Shown here one piece after another: positions 1 to 11,744 of a DNA stretch of 64,000 nucleotides. The notes beneath the pieces are model-generated. The model had not been told where the DNA came from. It ran no database searches and saw only the letters and a list, made by a program, of their open reading frames with translations. Position 1 is the stretch's first letter. Each line of letters begins with the position of its first letter. A program made the translations under genes and the position numbers. Source of the DNA: Octopus sinensis (lineage: Eukaryota); contig NC_043010.1 in assembly GCF_006345805.1 (NCBI RefSeq), positions 29,636,001 through 29,700,000 on the forward strand, written 5' to 3'.

Positions 1-87
1 TTCCTGTTTCCTTTTATTTTTCCTATTTCTTTTCTTTCTTTTTTATACATCTTCCTTTAATTTAACTGAACCACCCGTTGTTAAAAG

Positions 88-336
88 ATACCCCCGAATA
101 CTATCACACACACACAGCCAACCACCCCAGCTTCCTCGAGCACCAACGTCCCCACCATCAGCAATTTTGTTGCTCCTTCCGCTGCCGTCGCCGCCTCCAA
201 ACAAACTCCTAACGAAAACGATTACAACAACAACCACGATCCCAAGTACCACCACCACAACAACAACAATAAGGAGATGCTGAATATGGAAGAATCATTT
301 TTATTGTTGATAGCAAAGAATTACAACGGCATTTGA
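88..336 (+). other. Possible coding exon fragment of an upstream gene (stop-free frame, T/S/P/A-rich then N/H-rich)
   Basis: The frame is open from 85 to the TGA at 334-336 (KIPPNTITHTQPTTPASSSTNVPTISNFVAPSAAVAASKQTPNENDYNNNHDPKYHHHNNNNKEML...). There is an AG at 86-87 in phase 0 and a pyrimidine tract at 1-60. No ATG occurs until near the end, so it could equally be UTR. Confidence 0.25.
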
Positions 337-357
337 TATGGAGCAAGGTTGGATTTT

Positions 358-359
358 TA

Positions 360-419
<60 letters not shown>

Positions 420-467
420 ATCCCTACATTTTACATATACTGGATAATGTTCATAAGCACATACACA

Positions 468-514
<47 letters not shown>
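358..514. repeat. Compound microsatellites (TCTG)n(TCTA)n and (TG)n
   Basis: Visible tandem repeats; they generate the spurious ORFs at 333-679. Confidence 0.95.
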
Positions 515-517
<3 letters not shown>

Positions 518-1030
518 CCAAGTACATATCGCACCAATATATTTTTAACCGTGTTTAGAGACAGATACCTGCATTGTGTATGCATAAACGGGTTTCTCTT
601 GACATCCCGATTCAGTCATTCTTCTCCATACAATGTATGTGTGTGTATGTATATGTATGTGTGTGTTTGTGATGCCTAGCAGTGTTCCTGGCTTGTATAT
701 AGACCTATACGCAAGAATCGCACACACTCACACACGCACAAACACAGGTGCGTATTTCAATGCAGATGGATCTCGATCTGTCACGATCTTCTCCTACCTC
801 TCTCGCTCCTTCTCTCTCTCTATATATATATATATTCCCCTCTCTATTTAATCACATACACACATTAACACGTTTATGTACATGCAGATTTTGTTATTTT
901 TGTTTACTTCAGTCCGACGTAATGCAAGGAATCGTTGTTATAGTTGTTTTTTAGCCCCAGGACATCTCGTAACGAACAGACCTATCAGTATTATGTGACT
1001 TGCACATCTTACAGTTAGGAATTAAATAAA

Positions 1031-1050
1031 TGTCTTTTATTTTCTTTCAG
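1031..1050 (+). promoter_or_regulatory. Candidate 3' splice site (possible 5'UTR exon)
   Basis: tgtcttttattttctttcag|gcgtcc: pyrimidine tract plus CAG. No transcript evidence. Confidence 0.3.
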
Positions 1051-1923
1051 GCGTCCTTTATCTAAGACTGTACCATCCAATGTAATAATATTCGCTACTC
1101 TTTTTCAAGTCAGTAACGTGTGGTTTAAATTGAACTTCACGATTTCAAATGGTTCGTGTAACCACGTAGGGGTTCCCTCGTTATACGTTTCTATGTATGT
1201 ATGTAAGTATGTATGTATGTATGTATGTATGTATGTATGTATGTATGTATGTATGTATGCATGCATGTATGTACGTACCTATAAAAGCTTAGCTGAATGA
1301 ATGAGTAAAAGCTATTTAAAAAGTACGTACATAAGAGTACGACTCATAGTAAAATGAACACTTCTGTACTTCAGGGTGAGTACAGGGTATGTGACCTATG
1401 TCTTTGTATTTTGTCATTCATCCCATAGATGATAGGTTATATAAATATATTCACATACACACACATACGCAGACGTGTATAACACGCATGTGTGTGTGTG
1501 TGTGTGTGGATTCGAGTGTCATACAAGACGAACGGGTGGATGTATTGTAACTAAACCAGAATGTAACACCGAGAAGGTGGCTGTTACGAACAAATGCGGG
1601 TAGGTTGATGAATGTTGGTGTCGCAATCATACGCACTAACCTAATCACAAATTTACCCATACACATCCATGTGTGTAGGTGGGTGTGTACATATATATTT
1701 ATATACATACATACATACTTATATACCCGTATGCACAAATATTTATATGTATGTATATAATTAAGACTGAAGTGGGGTGTGTATTTATATACATATATAA
1801 ATAAATACATATGTATGTATAAAACTTTCGATCTGCCTTTTATAAATTTATGTCGTTTAGCATTGTATATCCTGGTGCTTTCATTCATGCATACATACAT
1901 GTGTGTAAATATGTGCGTATGTA

Positions 1924-2005
<82 letters not shown>

Positions 2006-3351
2006 GCGCGCGTATGTACTATACAAAAAAATTATACATATTTACTAAATGAAAACGCAATAAATCCACGGTAAAGAATAATCACAATAACTGTTCGCAT
2101 GCATGTATATTCCTTCACATGTCTTGTACGTGTGTATGCGTATGTTGTGTGTGTATTTGTGCATACAACATAACACACATGGTTGTGTATGAATTGGACG
2201 CTGATAGAATGTGGTACAGCAGTAGCAATAATATCGTCCCTATTTTACTACTCAGAGTCCCAACGAACTGCAGCTAATTATATACGTTGTTTTAATAATG
2301 GAAAGTTGGATGACTGAAGAATTTATCAAGCCATCACTTTTCCCCGCTTTCTACGCGCGCGTGTGTGTGTGTGTGCGTGCGCGTATGTGTGTGTGTATCT
2401 GCCTACATGTCTGTCTGTATATCTATCTAAATAATGTATGATAGATGAAAAGGGTGGGCGGACAAACGAATGGAAGTGTGAATGCATAGTTGGATTGCTA
2501 AGAAGAATGAGGTGGATAGATCGCTAGGTCGATGGACTGGCAGAGATATGTAGTTTTTCCTTTCCATTAAGGCGGGTGGATTGATGAAATCGTGAAACCA
2601 TTGGACAAAAAAATCCTTGTAGCATTTATTTGCGGTCTTTTTCTGCCATTTTATCCCGCCGAGGTCAACTTTACCTTTCATCCTGCGGGGTCGATAAAAA
2701 TAAAGTATCAGTACCATCGTTAAATTTATAATATTCTTATAAAGCATCCTAGTTTAAGAAATCATTTGTCATTTGAGCATGGTACTTTGTTATTGCATTG
2801 TAACCTATGCAGGTATTTAGGCCACATATTCTGGAACAGATTTGTATTTTAAGTTACCAGTACTTAACTTCGGAAAGATAAAAATATAATCAACCCTAGT
2901 GAAATTTGAGCTCACAACATAGAGATGTAACTAAATGTTTCACATAGACGAACTCAAACTGGAAGAGGAGAAGGGTATAATAAATTATATCGGCTTCATT
3001 ATTTGAATGGTACCTTGTTTTATCGACTCTGGGAGAATGTAATACAAAGTTGACCTCGAAAGGATTTGAACAGAGAACGTAAATGGTTGTATTTAAATAC
3101 CACAAATTATTTTGTCCGATTCTACCAATCCTTTGCTATCATATAATAGTTAAGATGATTGCAAGAGAACCACGTGAACCAAAAACATCTCGATGTTCAT
3201 GGGTTTATAGACAAGGAAATCCAGGCCTCCTCGAACTATAGACTCGATTTGTAGTGTCGTCTACTATAAATAAATCTGACCAAATCTTTTCCCGATTTGT
3301 TCTTGGTTATCCGTCGTTGTTGTCTTCGGCTTCAAGTTTGCTTTGTCGAAG

Positions 3352-3366
3352 TTTCAGGTGACTAAG
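3352..3366 (+). promoter_or_regulatory. Candidate 5' splice donor of a non-coding ZNF-A exon
   Basis: ttcag|gtgactaa at 3357/3358 in a CpG-retaining patch; it resembles ttcag|gtaactaa on the minus strand at 63104/63103. Confidence 0.3.
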
Positions 3367-3999
3367 AAGTCCAATTTTTGCATGAAACACGACCACACAA
3401 GTTGTACTTGGTTATCTATAAAAAAAACCAAGTTGACATTTTTTTTATGAAGTCACACTGGCACCTAATTAAACTGGAAATGATGGTGATTTTGAAAGTT
3501 TGGTGAAGAGACTAAGAGGACATTGAGTGGTCGATCATTTTAGGATTTTGGAAGAGGGGAAAGGTTAAGATGAGCCTCTACTCCACAAGGAAATTGCTAC
3601 AAAATTTTCCTTGACTCTTACGCTAGCGTCTTAAAGATGATATCTTATACTGTATAATGATGTAGTATTAGATATATGTTGCCTGAAAACGAATGGAACG
3701 CTTTTGATGATATATTAGCTCAATCCGGGTCAAATAAATAGTAATAGATTTCTTACAAAATTTGTGGTGGGGAGGAGTAAATTGATACAGCTTTGGTATA
3801 TATTTTAATGAATGACAGATAGACACAATGTCACTCGGCTAAAAAGACAGGCGCTCAACCCAATTTGCTACGACTACAAGATTGAGCGTCGAACCATCTG
3901 GATAACTTTTCTATATGGTGGCTCAACCTGCTACAAATAGCAGTCAAATTTCCATCAAATTACATCCTACTGTCTTTATTTATTTATTTATCTTTCTCT

Positions 4000-4072
<73 letters not shown>

Positions 4073-6008
4073 CAGACAGATAGATAGATGAAACGAACGG
4101 TACCTTGGATAATGTAGTTAGAACAACACTGGGACACTGGGAATAAAAGACGGAATGATCACAGCTGGAAAGCTTTTGATCTTAGGCCTTCTCAATTAGT
4201 TCTTAACTGAGACTAATTAGCAACAGTTACAAGCATTAGAGAGAGTTATTAACTATACTACCCTTGACCCGTTAGGTCACCGGGGAACTCTGAGTTTCCC
4301 AGTATCGGAGTTTTGCTTAATGTTTTTTTCTTTTCTTTTCCTGGTTATTTCGCATGCCTTCAACGAATATGACATCGAAATCACGTGTAAACGGCTCCTT
4401 TCCTCAGAAAAGGAAAGATTTGCCTACTATTTCTTGCACGACCTGCTACCACGTAACAGCTATTTCGGGTCCTTTATCGCAAATAGCTGTTACGTGGTAG
4501 CAGGGCGTGCTAGAAATAGCACTCAAATCTTTGGAGGTGAGATACATTGAGTGCACTCGAAAAAACCATTTCACATTGAGGTTACGAACGCGCTTTACGA
4601 AATATTTACCGTCTTTTTTAAGTCATTTTCACATTAGAATATTTTTAATATGCCAAAAAAAATTGTAACGGTATCCTCTTGAAAATTTAAAAAAACATTA
4701 AAATATTCTCTGTTTAAAGAAAGCTAAAATATAAATACTCACCGTACAAACAACTTACATTTTTGCAATCACATTCACTTAAAAATATTTCTAAATGATT
4801 AAAATATTGAGTTTAACAAAAGCGAAAAAAGAAACATTTACTGTAAAACAAAAATTGTATTTTTTCGTTATCAACTCACTGTCTAATAGAAAAATAAAAG
4901 TTTCTACCCTTTCAAGATGAAGATTGTTTTCGGATCATTTTCTCATTATGCACCGTTTTGGATATTTGTACCCCGAAAATCTCTAATATCTCGAAAACCA
5001 CTTTACCGATTTACACGAAGCTTGTTTCATTCCGTTTGTATTAACATTTCAGGGTAAACTTAATTCATAGTATTTTCCCATTATGCGCCAGTTTGGCTGA
5101 GTAACATTGAAAGCAAGCAATATTCAAACTGACTTTTAATGTATTATAGATAGATTATTGATTAAACTTGATCAGTATTTCACTGGTATTTATTTGATCA
5201 AGCAAATCACCACCTGCCAGGTGAGATTAACAGCTCAGAACGGAATGGGCTACTATAACTTAGGTACTGGAGGACATTTAGTCCGGTACTCAACTGATTC
5301 CTGGCATGTATTGCTTTCTGCAATATACATATATTGTAGGAACAAAGCAGGTATGGTCGAGTTAATTAACCCACCACCTCAACCCATACATTTACTGGTA
5401 TTTCTTTTATCAACCCAAGTGAATTCAACGTAAACGGGTGAACAAAATTAAAATAAAAGTTTAAGTTGCTGGTTTTAGAAAGTATATATAAATTGGAGAT
5501 ATACTTGAAGATGAGGAAGGAAAACGGTTGCATAGCTAGTTTTTGTTTTTTTCTTTTTACCGATATACTTCTTTAAATAACTAAAAGATAGTGAGAATTC
5601 TTAGTCCCAAAAGTGGTAGAATTAATAAGAATCATGAAAATAAAACTAGTGAAGTATTTGTTGTTTATAGCCTAAGGTAATTTATGGGACTGATCTATGA
5701 TTAAAGGCATTCTAGCCACGGCTGTCCTGTCTATTTTTCTTGAAGTCCAGAAAGTATCCTGGACTACATGATCCAAATTGTCCAATTTTTAAGAAGGTAG
5801 GATGTGATTTGATGGATGTTTGATTACTATTTCTTGCAACCGGGTTGACAGTATAAAGGACCTTTCACTGACTCGAGACATTTGGCTGCTATTTCTAGCT
5901 AGGTGCATGGCAACGTTGAAGCTTCTCTTGTTAGCTCAAAATAAGTGTGTGTAAAGAGAAAGGATCCCGACGTTGGAGGTACAGCACTTCTTCGAAGAGA
6001 AGACGTAA

Positions 6009-6403
6009 TCTCTCTATATATAAAGCTGAAGTTGTCTGTGTATGGCAGGTTTGGTAGCCTTTAACTAACACTATCTCCTCTGAGACTCTGCGGCGCAAGT
6101 TGACCAAAATTGAGAGTATGATAGAAGAAGGATTGCTCTTCCTGACATAGAAGAAAAAATTCAAATCAGATCATGTTAACACCAAAAATTATTTACATCA
6201 AAAAGGTGCTTTTTTTTTCAATGAAAATCCCAACTTTTTACGATTTTTTGACTGCTGTGTCACCATTTTTTGGTGTATTTCAACCAGAAAAATGTTCACT
6301 TAAAGAGAATAACAAGCTACATAATGCAAAAGTTTTACTTTTTCGAAAATTCCAATTCTAAAGGGTCGAAACAAACCCAAGCAATACCAGGCGATACTGC
6401 TAG
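6009..6403 (+). mobile_element. Non-autonomous Helitron-like element
   Basis: Inserted between A and T; starts TC(TCTCTATATATAAAG) and ends CTAG (6400-6403), preceded by a degenerate subterminal hairpin (cccaagcaataccagg). No TSD. Confidence 0.7.
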
Positions 6404-6878
6404 TTTATTTTAAATCTGTTTTATCTTAAACTGACAGTTTATATCCTAAGACTAACTATCTCTAGCTGTTTAGGGATGACATACCTAGATGTGTTGTGCT
6501 TTGATAAGAATAGGAAAAAAAATATTGTATCAATTGTTGTTGTTGGCTGTTGGTCAGCTCTGATTGAACAGGATTATTAAAATCATCCCAACATCAACGA
6601 AAAAGGCAAATTTCCTACAATTTAGGACTACATTGGGATCTTTTTCTAATTTTTTTGCACCTATCAGAATTGTTCCAAATTTTCTACATTGATGTAGTTT
6701 TGCATACTGATGACAAAAATTGCATTCAGTTTCTCTAGAAACTAAAAATAGCCTCCTTCCTTTCTTTCTATGACATTTGGGTATGACTTGAGGAAATTAG
6801 GCTTGGGTCAACCTTGCCTTTCATCCTCTACCAGTCATTGTGATCGTTTTGACATTGTTTTAATATTCCTATGAAGAG

Positions 6879-7092
6879 AAGGCAACAAGCTGGCAGAATC
6901 ATTATCACGCCGGGCAATAGGTTTAGCGGCATTTCGTCCGTCTTTACGTTTTGAATTCAAATTCCGCTGAGGTCGACTTTGCCTTTCATCCTTTAGCGGG
7001 TGATAAAATGGATACCATTGAGCACTGGGGTCAATGTAATCGACTTAACCCCTATCCCAAAACTTCAGGCCTTGTGCCTATTGTAGAAAGGA
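6879..7092 (+). mobile_element. tRNA-derived SINE, family A
   Basis: Head ggcaacaagctggcagaa, B-box-like ttcaaattcc, central gtcgactttgcctttcatcc...gataaaat block repeated many times in this window. Confidence 0.85.
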
Positions 7093-7761
7093 ATATTCCT
7101 ATGAAACATCCTTATATAATAAATGTGATTATAATAGAGGACTATGCCGAAGCTCCTTTGCTCCATAGTTATGACAGCGTTAAATAACTTTACCGTGAAA
7201 TGTCATGTATTAATATTTATCACCAAAGACTACATCAAAATTATGGGTGCCTAATGTGGCTGAACAAACAACACAACATTCTCAAAATTTAGCCTTGATC
7301 TGACCACTTTTTCACCATTTCTGTCTGTATATGGAATAGTATAAGGACAGGCATGGATGTAATGTTAAGGATTTCCTTTTGCAACTGTTTGGTTTGGGTT
7401 TTAACCTTATTGTGTGGTGCCTTCGGCAAGTATCATGCAACATAGGACCAAACCCTTTTGAACGGAATTTAGTAAACAGAAACCACGTCGGCATTTATTG
7501 GCTGAACTATGATTGGATAAAAGACTTTGTCCATCAACAATTTTAACACCGCCACCCAACATTTGGGTACCTTTAGGTGGGGGTCCACTTTGTTGCTAGT
7601 ATTCAGGCTAGGTCTCTGATCTGTCCATAACTTACTTCCCACTGGTCTTGGAGATCTTAAAAAGATTAATAGTGCTGAAAAATATGCCTCCTTCCCCTAA
7701 AAGATAAAGCTTATGCTTAAGAAAGCTATTGTTGCTGATAGTAATGATGTTGATATTAATA

Positions 7762-7801
7762 TTGTTTTTTTTTTTTGCTTTTCTTTTCCTGTTTCTTGCA
7801 G
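7762..7801 (+). promoter_or_regulatory. 3' splice acceptor of the ZNF-A coding exon
   Basis: Long T/C tract ending ttcttgcag at 7801; the ATG follows at 7843 with A at -3. Confidence 0.8.
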
Positions 7802-7842
7802 GTGATCCAGTTTCAAGATAATATCAAACCCATAAAGCCATC

Positions 7843-10281
7843 ATGCAACCTGCTGCTACCAACTTAAAGGTTCCTGCACCCGGCAGCACATTCACACATT
7901 CAAATGACTTCAAAAACAACAGCGGTAGTGAAAGTGATGATGATAGTATTGATGGCAATACTGATGGTGTTAGTAATGGCAGTGGTGCTCCTGGTAGTGG
8001 TGGTGGTGACGGTGGTGGTGGCGGTGGTGGTGGTGGTGGTGATGGTGGTAGTGGTGTTGTTGATGGTACTGGTGATAGTAGTGTTACTGGTGGTAATGGC
8101 AGTGGTGGTGGTGATGCTGGTGGTGGTGGTGGTGGTGGTGGTGGTAGTAGTGGCAACGGTAGTGGCAGTGGAGTTGGTGATGCTGATGCTGCTGCTGCTG
8201 CTGGGCCATCTCCAACTATCTCACCCCCTACAATTTCCAGCCCTCCTAATTTGCAACCTGGTGCACCTACTTCTCCACAGAACAGTCACTCTTCCTCATC
8301 ATTATCACCTAGCAATAGAGACAGTAGCCCTAGCAGCAATCCCAAAGTCATGTACTCCATGCCATCAATGTATTCCTCAGTAGGAGCATCTATGCCAATG
8401 GGATTAAACAACAACCAACATCAGCTGCTCAACAGCTTCTTCAACCAGGATTTCTACTCTGGCCAGTCTCAGTCAGGAGCCACGTGTTCTTCCACTTCCT
8501 CTATGCTCGGTTTACCAACAGGCATGATCTATCCATCTGAACACTACACTAAATGTTATCGTCGGAGTTTCAATGAACGGAAGCCTTACAAATGTGAAGT
8601 TTGTCGGAAAGGTTTCTCACGGAGGGTAAACCTAAACAATCACGAAAAAGCCCCAACAGGGGAAAAGCACTTTTATTGTGAATATTGTAAAAAAGCATTT
8701 GCACAGAGGGCTCACTTAAAAACTCATGAATTAACCCATACTGGAATTAAACCTTACACCTGTTCCTATTGTGGCAAGATGTTTGCACAGAGAGCCAACT
8801 TTGATAACCATCGGAGAATACACACGGGGGAAAAGCCATACCACTGCAATTTCTGTGAGAAGTCTTTCTCACAGCAAACCAACCTAGACAACCATGAACG
8901 AACACACACAGGATTGAAACCTTACCGCTGTGAATTCTGCTCGAAATCTTTTTCTCAACGTACTAACTTAGATAACCACAAACGTATCCATACCGGTGAT
9001 TTGTTTCGTTGCTCGTTTTGTTCAAAACCGTTTACACAGCAGATAAATCTACGTAACCATGAACGTATTCATACCGGCGAGCGACCGTATGCATGTTCTT
9101 ACTGCCCTAAAGCGTTCTGCCAACAGACAGAACTTAAGAACCATGAACGCACACATACAGGCGAGAAACCATTTATCTGCTCTATTTGTATGAAAGCATT
9201 TAGTCAGCAAGGTAACCTGAAAATACACATGCGAATACACACAGGGGAAAAGCCATTTGTGTGTGATATCTGCTCCAAAGCATTTAGCCAACGTACTAAT
9301 CTGGACAATCATAGACGTATTCACACAGGAGATATGTTTAGATGTAGCTTCTGCTCGAAAGAGTTCAGCCAACGTGTGAACCTGCGTAATCATGAACGCA
9401 TTCACACAGGGGAGAAGCCATTTAATTGCTCTGTGTGTTCAAAGTCATTTAGCCAACAGGGAAACCTCAAGAACCACTTGAGGACACACTCTGGTGAGAA
9501 ACCTTACAGCTGTGAACTATGTGGGAAATGTTTTGCTCAGCGGACCACATTAGATAATCATTTACGAAGTCATGCCCTTGCTGCAGCAAAGCAACAAGCT
9601 GCTAGAGCTGTTCCAAACAATTCACTTGTAACAAATACTACCAATCCTATCAACAACAACAACAGCAGTAGTAGTGGTGGTGTTGGGGTTGGTGTTGGTG
9701 TTGGTACCAATAATGCCAGTAATAATAACAACAGCAGTAATACCGCCAACCACAGTCGTTCTAATGCAAACCATCCCCATGGCAACCATGGCCCTCCAGA
9801 TAGCCAAGCTTTTAACAAGTCCTTCAACTGTGATATCATTGTTCCAACACCTCCTATATCTAACCGGGGTCTGTCTGGGATGGGCGAAAACTCCAACTAC
9901 AACCACAGCACAGGGGGAAATCATAATAAAAACAGCCTTAAGAGTTCCGACACCAACCAATCACAACCATTGAGCCATCCTCATCACCAATACTCCTCTC
10001 CCCACTTCCTCTCACACTCCACACACCCACTGCGTTCACATATAGATGATGACCGCAATCTGCGGGAGTCACAAAGTGGGGGATTCCGGCTGCAGCCACC
10101 TGCTGTGTCCTCCTCATGGTTAAACTCTGCCTACTTGCAGGAGATGCCTGCAAACTGGGAAAGTAACTACTTGTGGTCAAGAGGTTTTCCTATTGCCCCG
10201 ATATCATCCAGTGGTTGGAATAATGTCACAGCTGGCCTCTCATGTGGGAGGAAACTGAACAGATCTAGAGATCTTTGCTGA
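7843..10281 (+). CDS. C2H2 zinc-finger protein (ZNF-A), 812 aa. Gly/Ser/Asp-rich N-terminus, 12 tandem fingers (8587-9573, finger 1 lacking its last His), Asn/His-rich spacer, C-terminal WSRGFP motif
   Basis: Uninterrupted ORF with repeated C-x2-C-x12-H-x3-H and TGEKP-type linkers; upstream splice acceptor; no KRAB, SCAN, BTB or ZAD domain recognised. Confidence 0.95.
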   Translation: MQPAATNLKVPAPGSTFTHSNDFKNNSGSESDDDSIDGNTDGVSNGSGAPGSGGGDGGGGGGGGGGDGGSGVVDGTGDSSVTGGNGSGGGDAGGGGGGGGGSSGNGSGSGVGDADAAAAAGPSPTISPPTISSPPNLQPGAPTSPQNSHSSSSLSPSNRDSSPSSNPKVMYSMPSMYSSVGASMPMGLNNNQHQLLNSFFNQDFYSGQSQSGATCSSTSSMLGLPTGMIYPSEHYTKCYRRSFNERKPYKCEVCRKGFSRRVNLNNHEKAPTGEKHFYCEYCKKAFAQRAHLKTHELTHTGIKPYTCSYCGKMFAQRANFDNHRRIHTGEKPYHCNFCEKSFSQQTNLDNHERTHTGLKPYRCEFCSKSFSQRTNLDNHKRIHTGDLFRCSFCSKPFTQQINLRNHERIHTGERPYACSYCPKAFCQQTELKNHERTHTGEKPFICSICMKAFSQQGNLKIHMRIHTGEKPFVCDICSKAFSQRTNLDNHRRIHTGDMFRCSFCSKEFSQRVNLRNHERIHTGEKPFNCSVCSKSFSQQGNLKNHLRTHSGEKPYSCELCGKCFAQRTTLDNHLRSHALAAAKQQAARAVPNNSLVTNTTNPINNNNSSSSGGVGVGVGVGTNNASNNNNSSNTANHSRSNANHPHGNHGPPDSQAFNKSFNCDIIVPTPPISNRGLSGMGENSNYNHSTGGNHNKNSLKSSDTNQSQPLSHPHHQYSSPHFLSHSTHPLRSHIDDDRNLRESQSGGFRLQPPAVSSSWLNSAYLQEMPANWESNYLWSRGFPIAPISSSGWNNVTAGLSCGRKLNRSRDLC

Positions 10282-11744
10282 TCCATGTCATCCATTGTGA
10301 AATGTCCATGTTAGAGATGGTGATTGTATCTAACAGATTTTTGTGGCATTTGTCAACCCTTGTCTTATTTTCATACACACGCATACACATCTACTTAAAA
10401 AATACATGCATGTATAAATATATATTCATTCATACTCACTCACATGCATGTATGTAAATATACATAGACACACATATCAGTACATACACACATCCACACA
10501 TGTACACACATCAATGCATACATACATTAGAACATATACTTATTGATTCATCCACACTGATCAATACATTATATACACACACACCCATGCACACATACAC
10601 ACACACACATATATTCATTCACATGCTCCAATACACACATATATACATTTATTTTATGAGTGCATTTGTCTTGCAATATGTATACATACACACAAGTATG
10701 CACTTAGTGATGTTTTGAGCTGTCCATTCTTATTTGTTTAACATATATATATGTGTGTGTGTTTGTGTGTGTGTGTATGTATGTACAGCACTCACACTCT
10801 TCAAGACCTTCACCCTTTCTCTCTCTCTCCTGCCACCTGGACCACCAATAACTAACCCTTCCAATTAGATGTTCGGCCCTCCATTGTTGGTTGCAACATA
10901 CCTGTATCATCACAGATCTGTGAAGTCCTTCTTTCAGGCAGTCTACCATGCTGTTGAGAGTTAGGAAATTGTAGCTCAATACCAGCACTACATAGTGCAA
11001 TCTTCTAATTACCTGAGTAATGCTGTATGTCATGTGAAGAACCTGTTTTGTGGAATTATTTCGATCCCTATGATAGGCTGCAAACCCAGCATTTCAAAAA
11101 CTTCATGTCTGATTTTATCTTCATGATTTTAAGTTCACATTTCTGAGGTGTAAGTTGCAATTGATAAAAAGTATATATGCATATATATAAATGGGTGTGT
11201 GTGTGAGAGAGAGAGAGAGAGAGTTTGTGTTTATCCATTTGTTTAACATCCATTTCTCCATACTAGCTTGAGCTGGACAAATCATACAACTGAGACATTT
11301 TTTCATCAGTAGATGCCATTCCTGTCACTATTCTCTACCAGTTTTGAAGCAAGGGACTTTTTATTCCACACATCTTTGAAAGGAAAGTGCTAGCAAATGA
11401 TTTGTTGACTGGGAGTGCCAAGAAAACGCCATTTTTGGCTCAAAATTTTTCGTGTGAAAGAAGGAATCCAAGCATTCACACTGACATAAACACACACACA
11501 TTTCAAATATGTGGGTATGTGAATGTATGTATATGCATATAAATACGTACATACATACATACATGGTGGCTGCCCCCTCGTTATCGAGTATGGCCATTGC
11601 ATGAAGCTTCATCAATGTTGTTATCGTGCAATACCTGTGCAAGAAGATTTTTTTTAAAGTGAGGAAAGGCTGTGCACTTAGTCAATCTCACTCACTAAGC
11701 AACAGCAGCCATAATCCGAAAAGAAGAACAAGTCAACATCATCA

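Noticed and set aside
1451-2074. YIYIYI / CVCVCV / HTHT ORFs here and throughout the window
   Set aside because: Translations of (TA)n, (TG)n and (CA)n microsatellites.
7904-8383. 159-aa poly-Val ORF in the +1 frame of ZNF-A, and the antisense poly-Pro ORF 7824-8156
   Set aside because: By-products of the (GGT)n tract, which has no stops in these frames; the main ATG has a good -3 A context.
9049-10180. Overlapping ORFs 9049-9405, 9570-9896, 9622-9960, 9674-9973 and 9938-10180
   Set aside because: Shadow frames of the ZNF-A coding sequence and its (AAC)/(GGT) repeats; no recognisable domains.
10795-11100. Repeat-like segment after ZNF-A with gtgaaga...cctg...caaac
   Set aside because: May be a very old pLTR, but I could not build consistent stems I-III.
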